A stretch of 64,000 nt of DNA from Balanoglossus misakiensis (taxonomy: Eukaryota; Animalia; Hemichordata): positions 6,777,919 to 6,841,918 of the forward strand of contig CM082584.2 in the NCBI GenBank assembly GCA_040954595.2. The letters run 5' to 3'. The notes beneath the pieces were generated by a model, which was given only the letters and a program-made list of their open reading frames with translations, made no database searches and was not told where the DNA came from. The position numbers and the translations under genes are program-made. Of this stretch, positions 11,866-26,800 are shown in pieces; within the stretch, counting starts at the first letter, position 1; each line of letters begins with the position of its first letter.

Positions 11866-14800
11866 TCGTTCGTTGTTTGTCACTTGTTTTTCAAGGCTCG
11901 AGTCAACAACAATCGGGGCCCTTTCTCCGTGAACTTATCGATAGAGAGATACGGGATTGATCATTGCACGTCTCTGATGGCGTTTGCTTATTTTTTTTTT
12001 TCGTGAATCCCTTATCTGTTTGTTAATGTATAAGTTTAATCAGAGAGCAAACAATCTTGCTTACAGAAATACAGTTGTTTGAACAACGGTTAAGAACCAC
12101 CAACAGGGTAGATGTCCGAAGCCGTTATTATACAGTTAACGCTTATTTCTTTTCGCGATGAACACCGCGCGCTGGTCTAGAAACGGGACCTACTTAGGGT
12201 GGGAACATTGGAAAAATTGATTTATTTTTCTCAAAACTTTTTGTTATGGAAGACATCTTAGTTGTTGATTGTCCTAGGGATGTTATTGTGAAAATCCAGA
12301 TTTACATACACGCAGGTTGACTGTGTCAACTCGCAAACGAGCCAATCAGAGGCGTCGATTCACGTGAATCGCGACCATCGACAAACCACCTCCCGTTTGC
12401 ACTCAATATCTTTTAAACAATAGGCACGACAAGGTAGTCAACAACACGATTAACAAAGGTCGGTATAATTTCAGAAAAAAAAAATCAATTCAGCGATTTT
12501 GTCTCGATTCCATGGACCTTTCTCGAAAGAGAACAAATGCTCCCATCTTTGAGAAACAACGCGCTCACGAGATGCGCGACAAAAGCCAATGTCCGTTTGT
12601 TTCGCAATCTTTTGTATAACGCCGTGATTATCACGATGCTGGCGAGTGTACCTTCTTTACTACTCCGAAAAAAAGAACTTCCTGCGATTGTTGAATAATA
12701 AAGGTAAATAAAAAAATATTAAGGTCACATGTGCAATTTCGTTGAAATCACGCACACTACGCCGTGACTGCAATGCGCGTTCTGTTCCCGACGCCCGACA
12801 GAGTTGACACACATACGGGTTGCGATGGGGGATGAGCTTAGATTAGATGCAAACGCCGGGCTGTGTGGGACGCTACCCGGCGTTGCCGAGGCCCGTTCCT
12901 GTTGTCAGACCTCCGACCTCCGTAGCAAACGGACGCGATGGTAGTTCCTTCGAACACAAATGACGAACAAAAGTGCTGGATCCATGCTAAACCTCACAAA
13001 AGTTTTTCGCAAATCACTTTTAATTAATAAGACATTTTCCGGTTTACGCGTTACATTGCATGCCGTACATGCAAAGTATATTGCATTGCGTTCCGATTTT
13101 CTATCTTTCGACATTGGTGTTCAAAGCTTAAATTCAGCCTTTCTTAATAGGAAAAAAGGCCGCGGTGTCTGTGGTTCTTCTAAAGCAAATATTCATCACT
13201 TGTAACTTCAAATATCTGCCGAAATGGGCAATCGGTGGTATATACTTCTTGACCTCAGTTGCCAAAAAAGGGTACCTGCGAGGCGCAAACTGCCTTTCGC
13301 CGACATTGTCGCAAGGACAGCAAATATTTAACCGGGTTTGCCCTAATCTTCATTTTTTACCCCGGGCCTTCGCAGTAGCTACTTATAGCAATCTGATGCC
13401 GATTGCTGGAGAATTTTCAATAAGGTGTGCAGCACCGATGTCCGCAAAATGCATCATTAGGCCCTAAATGGCGGACATTTGTCTTTGAGAAAGGTGTAGG
13501 CCTACAGATGTAGTCGTGTGTACGATCATTGAGATATTGTTCAGCCGATACACAAGCATCAAACGGCAGATTTATACGTACCACGCTCCTACACTGTATG
13601 GAAATTTAATTTGGCAAAATCTCGCTTTTTCTCCTATTAAAATTTTTACAACACACACGGAACTTAACGCGACAGCTAAATTGCAAATTCAAAATAGTCG
13701 CCTATCTCAGTGTGTTGCAATTGAAGCATATGGAGAAATGATATCATTTTTAAGAAAAGCAAAACGGTGCACACCCTGTTTTAAAAAAACAGACACCTCG
13801 CATACTTAAATAGAGCCAAGAATCGAAAGATTTGGATTGGAACACTATCGTGATTTTCTCAAAAAATTCGTCCCCGAGATGCGCCCTATACGCGCAAGCC
13901 GGCGGCTATCTGTAGCATCGAATACATCCGCTAGTAAAATCAAGGAGACAGGAAAATACGTTTTCTGGGTGTCCTACGTGGTTTTAATCCATGGAAATAT
14001 AGGGCTCTGTCGCGTTGGACACTCAAACTTCACATTTCAGCCATTTGAACATTACTGTGGGTATCCATCGGTCTGTGCAAGGTAATTGGCCAATGGACAC
14101 TCAATTTTCGTGTTCTCGTGTCTTTTTAATAAATTGAAATCGACTCAGACCCCAGCGCGATTTGTTTCGTTGAGAAATATTAACATTGAAAATCAAAAGG
14201 GCTGAAAGGATAGTGAACTCGCTGGATTTTTGAGCCGGGCCGAAAAGGGTTGGAATAGGGGACAAAGTCAAATCGTCTGCCAGTGTCAATGAAAGTACAA
14301 ACGGACTATAGGGGGTGAGATCTGTCAGATAGATGAACTGGCAAACTGAACGGTGTATGGATTGATTTAAAAATGCAAAGAGTATATGAACAAGCAGAGG
14401 CGAGGAAGGCCAGCATAGAGTGAATAAGCTTATGCGTCTGTGCGATCTGGAAGCCGCGGAAAGATTTCGCTGCATAATGCACAGTGTGGGTTGTCAAACG
14501 CTATTGTATGCAGATAGAACGCATCCCGCTTTCAACGGCAAACAGCTTTTGGGCCGGAGAAGTATTGTCTCCGTTCAGACGTCACTCGCAAATGTGTTTA
14601 CTATCGAGGTCGCACTCGGGCCAGGGAAGAGCATAGGCCTAAGAAATTGTGAACGTTCCCCCCCCCCCCCCCACAACCAACGAGTAACTTAGCATGTCAT
14701 ATTAAGCCGGACTTTGTAAAAGTACTTATAAAGCGATGCTCTTTATTCGTAGTTTAATAGGATGAGCAAAAACTGGGATTCGAAGTATTTCAATTCGTGA

Positions 14801-17594
14801 AACTAAAAATGTTCACCCAGTTATCTAATATACCGTTCCGAGATTAATATCAGCCAAGTTACATAAATAGATGTCTGTAGATGATACGCTAGCAGGCACT
14901 GGCAGTTGATTGCACGGACCGATCAAAGAGCGCACAGCTGATTAATTTTATGTAATGATCGTTTCAGGACTGGTTCACTAAATAACGGAAAAGTGAGTGT
15001 GCACCTACTGCTACGGTAGGGCGGTAACTCAATGTGTACAAATTGCCTTGACAGCCTGCTCCTAATGACTTTTTGAATAAAATTCCAGATTTGCACCGAG
15101 TTACATGTCATTGTATTGGGCAATTAATTCAAAGTTTATGGTACTTGTATTAAGAAAATTTCGGTTCATGCGTGCGTCAGTACGTGCGGCAGTACATATA
15201 CCTGTGTGTTGATCCGTGAATGGCTGGGGGGGGGGGGGGACAATGGGTCGTAAATTTACCACCCGTTCGTGATGCATATATCACAATCATGCATGTAATA
15301 ATAAAAACCACAGGTTTAAAAAAGTTGTGATTAGCAAAATCCGTTGACTTTCTCGACAGCGATTTTTGAAACAAAACCCGTCGTGTCAACTTTTTGAACA
15401 AATAATCGCGGGATGGGTGCAGAAATTGTCATTTTCAGTTGTCAGATCAATCCGTATTTGATTACTTTTTGCACAAACACAGCCTAGGGCTTTTAAATTT
15501 AGTCCGGGTTATTATTAAGCATCCTTCGTCTCAATAACTGTCCGTCAATTGGGGGTTAATCTGTAACTAAGTCGACATTGGAATTGGCGCTCCAGAACTG
15601 GGGAACGGGGAGGTCAAAAGTCAAAGTTACTTGAACGCGATTGTGGTCATCGGGTGAACGACCACCAGCGAAGATTTTATTCCCGAAAACACACTTTTCT
15701 GCAAAAGTTCCAGTCTTCAAGGTTCATCGCGCTGCTAACCGGCCGCGCTGCAGTGATTTGTCAGTCAAACAAGAGCAACGCAGCCGATTTCCGCGCATGC
15801 ACTATCCAGGGTCACCTTACACTTTATGTAGGCCTGGCCTAGTTAAGGTCACCCTAGTATATTTATAGATATTTGTTAAAGTTTTGCGCCCACAAATAGG
15901 ACAGTGCATGGTCCATGGGAAACCCCTAGTCCATAAACATTTTCCGATCACGTGAAGAAAGCATGGCCACCACAATACGGTTGACGCTAACTGGCTGAAG
16001 AGCCGTGACTAGGTGTCGATCAAACTCTAGTGATGTCACTCAGAAATTTGATGATGAAATAACTATGTTAACACCTTTGGTCCTCGTATCGTACCACACA
16101 GGGGTCGGCAAGGCGCTTTTTATATATAAAAAGTTTTCGAATGGCATCGTATCAAAATATCGGAAACTAGCTACAGAAGCTTAGATTTCGTTCAAGTTAA
16201 TCGTGCGATGATAGGCATAGTTCTTTTCTGTGCGAATTTTAAGGTATGACTCTGAATAGGAAGATTCCAGGCTATTGCAGAGCAGAATGACAGCATCAAT
16301 CGTTAAAAGAGAAGTCGGATATTTTTTGTAAACCTGCTAAAAATAAATTACCCGATGTCAAAGTGTCCCCAATAGAGCGGTTATCGACAAAAGGGACTTC
16401 GGTCAACGCCAGCAACTTTTTGCTGCACATTTTTACTCGGGAGGGGGCTCAATTTTGATAGTGGAGCGACCCCATCTCGTTCCGCTACGGTGAGTGGCGT
16501 CAGTTACGCCGTGGTAGTACCTACGTGATACGTGCAGAACAACTTGTACGTGATGGTACCTAAATCGGTGTTTACTACGATGGGGATCCGTTCCGTCACA
16601 TCATTAAATTGTAAAATATGATTACTGGCACCTTATCTGTGATGACCCGTTTGAGTTATCTTTAATAGTAATTTGCAGGAGTGAAATGACCATTTAATGG
16701 CAGACTCGCAGTTCAAAGTGCACTCACACTAGCTCAGCGCGTTCTCCGCGGAAAACTGCCGAGTCAGCAATTTGTCGCTCTCCGGTAAAACAATAAATCT
16801 GTTGGTATTTTGGGAGAGTGATTTGAAAATCTGAAACTGTTTTTTTCTGAAATCGCAGGTCCCAATAACCGACGGGCGCACGGGGCTTGAAAGGAAAAGG
16901 CTTGAAAATTAAATACCGTGACGAATAAACAAACAAACAAGCAAACATATTGACACAGGATTTTTGACGCAGGGGTCGGTGCAGAGGTGACATTGCTTTG
17001 TGGAGAAAATGCTGTCGTACAAATCTACCAAATTTAATTTCGAACGAGAAAAATTTTCTTGTATGGTGAAAAAGCTGTGTTGCTTTCTCAGTAAGTGCTA
17101 AATCCTGCAGAGAACACGTAATTTTATACACATTAGGCGATGACCTTGGTGGGGGTCATTTACCGTTACGCTTCCGAGCAAAGGGGTAAATCACTTAAAA
17201 GGTCATAGGTTATGCCAGATAGCGTTGGGGACTGGTCAAAAACAACCCAGATAACACTGACATCGGAGTAGTAGGTGTACAAGCTATCATGAAATAACGA
17301 GATTCTATGTCTCGATCGATGTCACACATGTTTAAAGGTGTCCCTACTAGACGTTTTCACCTCTGAATGGGATGTCCAGAGTCAACTGAGATTAAATAGT
17401 AGACCCGAAATAAATTCGTTTCGAAATGTGAACCCCAGAGCGAGTGACCTTCCCCAAAGACAGGTTTGTTAAATGTTACCCCCCCCCTTCTCATTACACC
17501 CGGCATACCCCCTCCTAATAACCGAAAACACTCTAAGGCTAAAGACGGACTCATAAACCATAATAATTCGAATCTGATAGACTGAGAAGGACTT

Positions 17595-17597
<3 letters not shown>

Positions 17598-17650
<53 letters not shown>

Positions 17651-17663
17651 ATAGAGAGACAGT

Positions 17664-17732
<69 letters not shown>
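17598..17732. repeat. Interrupted (GA)n microsatellite
   Basis: Two long GA runs joined by a short degenerate spacer; source of the poly-SL ORFs 17357..17872 and 17469..17759. Confidence 0.97.
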
Positions 17733-17736
<4 letters not shown>

Positions 17737-18401
17737 GAGTGAGATATGATTTTCCCCATTGTTTTATTCTGGCAAAGTCTCTGTCTTCGGGCATATAGAT
17801 AAGGTTCATTTGCTCATTTGTAAATAATATTGATTGTGTTGCCAATTTTATCATAAGTAGAATAATGCACAATGGGCTGTTTACATAATGCTCATTTAAC
17901 CCAATTATAAATATCGATGGTACTATATCCAGTCACCAACCATGCAATTATCATAAACTCAGTCGAGCGTTTACTCCATGACGTAACCTTTCGCTCGCTG
18001 AGAATCTTCCTGGTCCGAGCGCCATCTGTTTAATTGAAAGGGATCCATGAAAACGATGTTTACCGGCACAGTTAGGCATATACAAACAAAGTACATAAAT
18101 CTAAACGCCAGCAGATCAATTTTCTGGACAAAAGGGCAAGGCCGCCGCGCTGGAGACGGCATGAGTGGACGTGTTTCTTTTAAAAGTCCGCTCCTAGTTT
18201 TATATAATTGTTTTAAAAGTTGCTTCCATTATTGCATATATGTTAACTGTTACTTTTATCGCACCTGTGCGTTGTGCACCTGCGTAACGATGAAGCGAAT
18301 CTGTGTTTGACATGGAAGTATATCTAGTCCCCGCAGAAGATGACGGGCCAATTGGCCAAAAACGCACCCCGTCCGTCATACGTCTGCCAATCCATTCGTA
18401 A

Positions 18402-18510
18402 TACAGTGAAACCTGTCATTACGGACACCTCTCTGTTATGGACAGATTTTTCAAGACAAAAGTCTCAGTTTGAATAGAATATTACCTCTCTATTATAAGA
18501 ACATCTCATT
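18402..18510 (+). mobile_element. Possible Tc1/mariner-pogo-type MITE end fragment
   Basis: TA followed by CAGTGAAACCTGTCATTACGGACACCTCTCTGTTATGGACA, typical of TA-flanked CAGT-starting termini with internal subrepeats. The matching opposite end was not found. Confidence 0.35.
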
Positions 18511-21500
18511 TACGTTTTCTTTCTGTCTTTCGGTGGAAATCGTGTTTTCTTCTTTGTTTTCTAAAAGACCCCTCATACACTCTAATACAGCCAAGAATTG
18601 AAAAGTTTTGAAGACTATAGTCAGTCTATGTACCATGTTCATTTTCTGTGAAACCAATGGGTGTGCAGTGGAAGTTAAGCGTTGGTCTTCTGTTATTCTC
18701 AGTGGAGCATGCAATTGGTGTGGCGCATACATTTTAAAACAGTTTTATTCAAATATACAGATACTCGAGAAAAGCTATTATTGAAGTGGACAAAATCATT
18801 TGTAAACAATGCACTTCGAAAATTGATCACAATGTCAAGGTCCTTTCGTAAACACCTGACATAGTGATAAAGTGTACATTGTTCAGAATTCGAGCCCGCG
18901 TCATCAGAACTTGCAAACATATTTACAGCCGGAAACAATGACTGGTGCATGATGGGAAATTTTTGAATACCGCACCTGTGCAGGTATCGCAAGTTAAAAT
19001 TTGGACGTTTCGTCATTAGAATGGTTTAAAACACCGATCTCCCCGCTACGAAGAGCTGGGCTGGGAGCAAAGTAAACGTGACAATTTAACTTTTGACCAT
19101 TTAAAATGGAAACGTTCCTCTCGTGCAGCATAGGTCAACATTCAAGGGATGATGAGGTAGCCAAGGAAACACGCCTTATAGGCCTACCGTTTGGGGTTTC
19201 AATAAAACACGGCGAGATGTTGGGATGGCACGCGTCGTATTCTAACTTAAACGGCACCATTAATTTCATTGCAACGTCGCGTTTTCAAGCGCAATGCTTA
19301 CACCAAGTGCGATGTATATCTTCATGAACTGATCGAGAAATTGGGCCTATGACAGAAGTGTGGTCAACGACCCAATTTGAAGTGCACTGTACTGAAATCT
19401 GTCAACGTTGGTTGCTCGAGGTCACCGCGCTTGTTTTCTTTCTTCACGGTGACATTGAGAAAAGGTCATTCACGTTTCTAGCTCACTGGGTCAGCAGCTC
19501 ATCCGTGTTTCTCGTTAAGAAAGCTGTCAACAAGTTCCGATGTGAGTGTTTCTGTTTATATTTTGCGTTTTACAAACTTTAAGTAAAGAGGCGTACGGGA
19601 ATGTTTCCACGTCGTGAGCAAAACGGCCTTGACATTGCAACGCAGAAGGGGGGGGAGAATCCGACCTTGACCATGAATTCGTAAAGCAGAAACAAAAGCT
19701 ACGCGATGAACTTGTAGTCTAACCACACGTGTATACGGATAATTTTTCTGTGGTACACTAAAATTTTCAGAACTCGCTCAACTTTTCCTGTTTAGAGTTA
19801 GGGTAAGCTGCACTTTAACAAGATTTAATGGGGGGGGGGGAGACTATTTACTGGAACACGTCCGCCGGGTCGGGTGACAGCGTGTGTAACATATATATAT
19901 ATATTCGCCACACAATGCTACAGGCACTTTCTTGAGTTTCCTGAGTGCAAATCTCAGTTGGTCGTGAACATCAACGCCGAGAAAACCTCTTTGTATGTGT
20001 AGTTTTGATAATTCCACAACTGAAATTTCCTTTCATGATGGCGCACACGTTTCTAGAAAATTTTTCGGTGTGTTGGAATTGGCCAGTGGTAGGGCGTGGC
20101 AGGGCGTGGCAGGGCGTGGCAAATGCTAATTCCTACCTTGGCCGTACTTAATTCCCGAATGTTCCAAACCAGTAAATTCACATCGCATCCACTTTCATTG
20201 TATCTGCATGTGAAACTGTTATCGAACACCTTTTAGGATAATAAGACCATCCGCCCACCTCTTTCAACAAAAGCGTGATCCTTCTTGACGCAAAGGAATG
20301 GAAAATTCGTACTTTTTCAAGACATAATTAAAAAGCATTGCCATCAATGTAATTGTGTCTGCCAAACAAGCCATCATAAGTTAATTTCATGTAGTATCGT
20401 GTGATAATAACCGGCCACATCTTGAGAATTATGTTGAGACTAACAGACAGCCATCAGAATGAAATAAAATCACTATAACTAGTGTAGAGGGTGACATTTT
20501 ATCGGAAAGCTGAAAATATACGATAGCGATCAGTTGGCTTGTATAAGCGTACCCCGCACCAATGACCTGGTTAGTGAAGTTCAGAATCAGACGAGACCAG
20601 AGCATTGATACACTGAGCTTGTTCTAGAAAATGTGAAAACTCGCGCTGGTGTCGTTCGGCCAGCCACAAGTCACGAACTCAAATCTTGTCGGATCTGATG
20701 AACTCAGCGTCACGATTCGACATTTATTACGTCAGCAGAGCGCGAATGAATCCATAAATTTGTTCTGAGAATTAGGTTCAAGAACCGGTCATCGGGTTTT
20801 GGAAGACGACTGTGCCATTTGTATCGTTATCAGTTTTTCATTGATTTGTAAAGTGGTTTCCGTCAAGTCGTGCGTAAATATGGAATATTACAGAATTCGT
20901 AACCGGGCGTTCAACTCGGAACACCAACAGAGGGTAATGCGGGGTAGCAACGAGATAAACGGTCCCGCCCAAGCCAGTATCATATCTGCTTCAAGTGGTG
21001 TTTGTTCGAAGACTATCAAAGTCCTGTCGAGGATCGATCGCTCTGTCGTGCTTGGGCTCTCGATAAGAAAACTTCACAAATACCGCTGAGAACGCCTGGG
21101 TCGGGCATCGAGTTGATAAAAATATCCTCCACGAGTAATCGTTTCCCCCGTTTATCTCGGACTGTGCCAATTTTTCAGCCGAATTCAGGCCAACAGTTAG
21201 ACTGGAAATCATTCAGATGGGTATTGGATATGGTCCCGTGCATAAACTGTTGTGCCAATGTATTTGTCTAAGAGTTTGACATCATGGGTTTCAAATCAGG
21301 GCAAAATCGGAAGAATTGGTTGTGGATGCGAGACGACTTTAGCACACCCTTAACGAAAATTTCCGGCATGTCAAATTTTGTCTGCTCTAAAATAAAAGCG
21401 TGTTAACATTTGGTAATATGAATGGTAAATAACATGTGGATACAGCAGAAGACTCCGCATCACGAGTGAAAATAACTTCAGTATGGCACAGATCGCGCGC

Positions 21501-22237
21501 AGAGAGGTCATGGAGTTCTAATATTATTTCATATGTTTCTTCAGATTTGACGAAAAATGAAGTTTCGATCGTGGCGTTTTGATTTTCAGTGCAGTGATGC
21601 GGCAGAGGCGATGCAACCCAGAGACGGTTGTTCATTGGGCAAAATTACGCAACCTTTGTTATGCAAAGTAGGGTCATGTTGGGTCAGTGGTTCAGCTCAG
21701 GTCGCGAGATCGCATCGGCAATTTTTGAGAACACTTTCGATCGCCGGCGATAGTGAGAGATTTTCGTGATCGAGAGGTTCCCAAATTAACTGACAACTTA
21801 ATGTTTTGTTATTCTGAGGAAAGTTGAGAAGGATGATATAATGACGTGCCAGAACGTTGAAAAATCCCCACGTTTCGGCGATTAAAACTTCTCCTGGCGT
21901 TCTTGGCGTTGAATGTTTACAGACAGAAAGTAGTCCCACTTGTTAACTCATTTGCATATTTTGCCATGAAAATCCCATATACTAGTAAATGTAATTGTTT
22001 TGACCCGTATGCACGAGGTTTTTGTAAATATTTTATAATATTGAAAAACTAAGCAAGTATAAAATGCAACTTGCTTGTCAATAGTTATTCAACAAACTCT
22101 CCAAAAATTGAGTTTTGACAGGGACTATTTTTCTCCATTCTCACATTAATGGGGCAATACCAAAATAATACAGTATTGGAAGAAATGTCTACTTGGAAAA
22201 ATTACACACCAAATAATCAAATTGTAAAAAACTCAGT

Positions 22238-22243
22238 TTTATT
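22238..22243 (-). terminator. Candidate polyadenylation signal for IPO13
   Basis: AATAAA on the minus strand about 1.65 kb beyond the stop codon, followed by T/GT-rich sequence. Usage is not demonstrable from sequence alone. Confidence 0.35.
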
Positions 22244-23898
22244 AATATTCATATTTTACCTGAAATATACACCTAATCTGAACTACGTACATTGATTAAA
22301 AGGGGCAACTACTATCAATCCTTGCTGGCACAGTCCGAGACAAAGTAATTATGCATGATCAACAATATGCGTCAAGTGTCAAAATTGATCAAAAATTGCC
22401 ACTCTTCATCATTCTGCACATCACGTTAAAGTGCCGTCAATGCAACATTTGCTTGCGGACCATTCAAAAGATGGACAAAGACTGAATAAGAGAGAATACC
22501 ACATTCGTTGCACATTCATGTACAAAAAAGGAAATGAAATCGGGCATCTACTCTCATATGCACATGAAATGACCAGATGTTTCATGGATGTCTGTGCATT
22601 GACACTGCAAATGCCACCTCAGAATCAGGCACAAATCACCCACCCATCAAAATGCTGCCCGTTTCAGGGAAATTTCACCATTTTAAAACTTTCGCAATGT
22701 CGCTTTCGTTTCACCTGAACTGTAAGTTTGATGTTATTCTTGAGACTGCAAAACAGCCATTAATCAGACCACCGCCCTTTTTTGAGAGGGTACAACAATG
22801 CACTTGTTTTCTACGAAACCATCAACCACGGTGTACGTGGGCCATCAACACAGCCAATATTTTTTTGTAGAAAGTGTGTTAGTATTCTTATCACTGTTGA
22901 AGCATATCTATCAGATTATAAGAGCAGTGCCTTGGTGGTTTGACACAAACAGGACTCTGTTCGCAATTTCACCTTATAACCGGGTCATTAGTCCCAGTTA
23001 AAATACATGTAATATACAGAGCATGGAAGGTGGCAACTTTGCATTGTTCAATGCACTGAACTCTGTATGAACCCTCGGACACTGCAAATGCTTTTAACCG
23101 CACTATGAACTCATGAACTGTGTGATTCTGTCTACCTAGGTGTACCTTATCTGCAGGCGGCATACACATGTACAGAGAAACTCCCATTGGATACAGTTGC
23201 CAGGTGGAACAGGTCCAACTTTTTAAATGATGGCCATTGCAAGCATGACACGAGCCTAAAGAAATGTGGAATGCATCCGTGTTTAACAGCTCTGCATGAC
23301 TGTGTGAGCGAATGTCTGTGTCTGCAAATACTATGATTGTAAAAAAAGATTATCACAATGTGTTCCACCTGCACACAAAATCTGCACAACTACGCAAATC
23401 TGATCCAACAAGTGTCTGCGAGGCAAACTGTACTATGAATGAAGCTCATTGTATTAATAACAATCACTCTGGGATCACACACTTACAAGACACACAGTGT
23501 CAATTCTCAGACACTAAAGCAAGATTATTAGAAAACCATGCATATTTCCAGTTTAACCGCAAAAGTTTTACTGGAAACATGACAATGTCCCAAGATGTCA
23601 GCTTGCGATATTTGAGAATTTATAAGTGGAACTTTCAACGAACATACCTTAGATGTATGTTATTTATCCTTCGCAAATGCTGGGCATGTCTTCGGGGATT
23701 ATCCAGAATGATTTAACAGGGTACAGTAACACCAAGACAATCCATTGGTTACAAGGAGATTATCTATATATAATCCACAGCGTATTCCTGGATCATAAAT
23801 GATGGACATCAAAACTTTTCCGTATTAATCTTTTAGAGTTCATAGACTCCACAGTTTTCCTGAGTTTCCTCATTATTCTTCCAATTATCCGTGCCATC

Positions 23899-26800
23899 TT
23901 AAATTCCTAGCTGCTGAGCCCATTGCAGCTGGTCGGCATACTCAGTTCCAATCAGACCTCGACAGATCAGCGTAAATTCCGTCACTATTTCCCGTATTTT
24001 CTTCTTGTTCACTCTCTCCCTGAAAAATGCAGAAACAAGAGATGATCGAGCTTTTTTCAGACAAGGTAAATGCAGAGCAGATTTCAATGCTACATAGATG
24101 CTCTGGGGGAATGATGTTTCTCGAGTATCTATGATTAACATTTCCACCCCCATTTCACCACAAAATACAATGGGTTTGGACCAAACCATGGTGGTGTAAG
24201 GATTACAGCAATTAAATTTCAATCCTCGGTGATGGATTGGGTCAATCAAATTTAGATGCTTGCGCCTTTCTGTGATCTCGCTGGCGACATGATATGATCT
24301 CAACAGTACCGCCCTGCTCTTACACGGTACACTTGCTCAAAGGTAACATTTATCAATTGAAACTACATGGAATATGTTCTCATTGACTCTCACAACTTTG
24401 TCAAAACTTTGGAATTTTTCATTCCTGTGCTGTGGGGGTTTATACCACATTACACATTCATGGTTTCGCTTCTCGTCGATTGTTAACGAGTCTGTAAAAT
24501 ACAGCATACCATGTGAAACTGTCGGTGAATAAGCGTACTAAAATAGAATTTATAAATAAAGTCGATGATATCATTTTATGCCTATGGCTTTTCCAGTCCA
24601 AAGAGCTTTTTTTCATGCCATTGTGAAACAGTTCAAAGTCCGATATTAAAATAAAACAGCCACTTCAACAAACACACTATGATCTTCACAGCTACATGTG
24701 TGTGTACACTGCTTAGAGAGTGTGAATTTTACTTCAAAAGCAACATGTTAACAAAAACTATTGAGCTTGTTCAGGAATACTCATATTCCTGTCTGGCTTG
24801 TCTGTATTAAAATTATGTGATGCCCATATATGGATATGTGACCTGGCTTGTGCATAAATTAAGGTCACCCTCCACATATATGGACTAAGAGTCCCCACAT
24901 AATGCCCAAAACTTGAGACGCACACACTGTTGTTTTTATCCTGTGTGATCAGCAGAAATATCTTAGCGAGAAATCCCATAAAATGAAAAAAAGAAAACAT
25001 GATTGATGGAAATATTTCATAGCAAAGTTTAAAAGTAAAGGTGCGCATGAGAAGCATATGTACAGTAGACAAACATATTAATGGACATACATGTATTTAC
25101 ATGTACGTTGAACACTGATTATCAGGTAAATCCGGGTATCAGGGTAAAAAATGACGCCTGACACAGTATTTGTCAGTGGAAATTACTGACATGTCATATT
25201 GCATCATTGTTGTGAATTGAGAGCAAAGGCTACAAACAGGGGTGTAGTAAAGTTCAAAAATGAAGATTTTTTGGTCGATGGAGTGAAGTGCCTAGGTCCA
25301 TGATGTGTTTTTGTGGTTGGAGAGGGCCAAGTGGAAATTTGAGCTTGTATCGTGGGGAAAAAGCAACCGGTCTAAAAAGGCAAAGTAACTGGCTGGTTTT
25401 ACAAACTGCTACTTCTTTTATAGATAAGAAGCTTACAGCTGACCAGGCTGTGACATCTGTGGTTCCGTTCAATAAGGGGCAACAGATAGCGCTGACCGCT
25501 GACTGGACCGCAAAATCACACCACTCCGCGACCCCCTGTGAACTGGCCTACATTTCTCACCGTGCACAAACGGGACAAACAAGACCGCGGCATCAAATTG
25601 GGGACACCCGTATTTAGCTGGCCCAGTTTTTAGCGACCTTGGCAATGAATGGGCCAAACGTCCCTGGAGGCCAAGTGCAGAGGAGAGCAAGGTCACGGTC
25701 AATGGCCCCTGTCCAGGTCCTTGAATTCAGCAAAAAGGCTTGATTTTGTGGATGTTCTTGTAGGTGTAAAGGTCACGAAACCAAGTATGAAACAAACAAA
25801 ATCAACCAATAAAAAAATGATGTAAAAATTTCCTCTCAAAACAGTTCCACATTTAAATCTACAAGTATAACCCCAAAACCACGAATTGTCTCTTAGTATG
25901 TGCCTTTCCATAAAATGGTTACCGTATCAATAAATCATCTAACTTTCTTTTCCAAAATGAAGACAAAAAAGTACACTGGTATTAATTGCGCCAATTTCCT
26001 CCAACTATAGCAACTGATTTCTTGTGAAAAACACCTGTTGATCACATCATGGGGGAAACATCCTATTGACTTTTAAAACCCCTCAGCCTCCTAATGTGAT
26101 TTTAAAGAGCACAAATGATTCTAAATTAAATGTACTTTGTAACATTAAGCGCTGGACGATGTACCCCTTCAATTAGTTATAAATGCTTGAGCCTTCAAAG
26201 TTACCGGTAGTGTAAATGCAATTTTATTTAACAAGCGATCTCACTATCAACTCAAAGGTTTTCAGGTAGATTCAGCTACATGTACAAAAAATACTACAGG
26301 AATGCATCTGTGTTTTCTAACATGCAAAACTGAACCCGCGTCATTCTCAGGGAAAATACTTAATACTCTGCTGTGTATGCACATTAGACGACCATATCAG
26401 AAGTTTCTGCTTTACCAAAATAACTTATAACAAAGAAAGTCATTTCATCATTGATATACTGTAATTTACCGTTACTTTTAAAACCTCTTCAGTGTATGTT
26501 TTAAGACAATGCCAGATTTACAGCATGGAAAGGAGGTCACTAACATCTTTGCACGTAACACCATCACACCACTTGACGTACGTTCAACGCAAACACACCA
26601 GGATAAGCTTAGGTAACCCTTCTAATTGTTCTTTGCCCTATATTTCACCCAAAGTGCATGTACATGTTACGAAAAGTTCACCCCCCCCCCTCTCCAAGTT
26701 TTTAATATTTCATTTTACAGTTCGCTGGTAAAATACCGGTACCCTAAGTTTACTGATGTGTAGTTTTGTAAAAAAAATGTTTCACAAGATACATGTGAGA

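Noticed and set aside
17357-17872. 171-aa and 96-aa ORFs with poly-(Ser-Leu)
   Set aside because: Translation of the (GA)n microsatellite.
18880-20730. Other CTGATGA words (minus strand near 18901, plus strand near 20695)
   Set aside because: They lack the stem II plus GAAA arrangement needed for a hammerhead core.
12100-23800. Numerous 60-135-aa ORFs in the intergenic region and IPO13 3' flank
   Set aside because: No recognisable domains, no codon bias, many non-ATG starts and no consistent splice chain.
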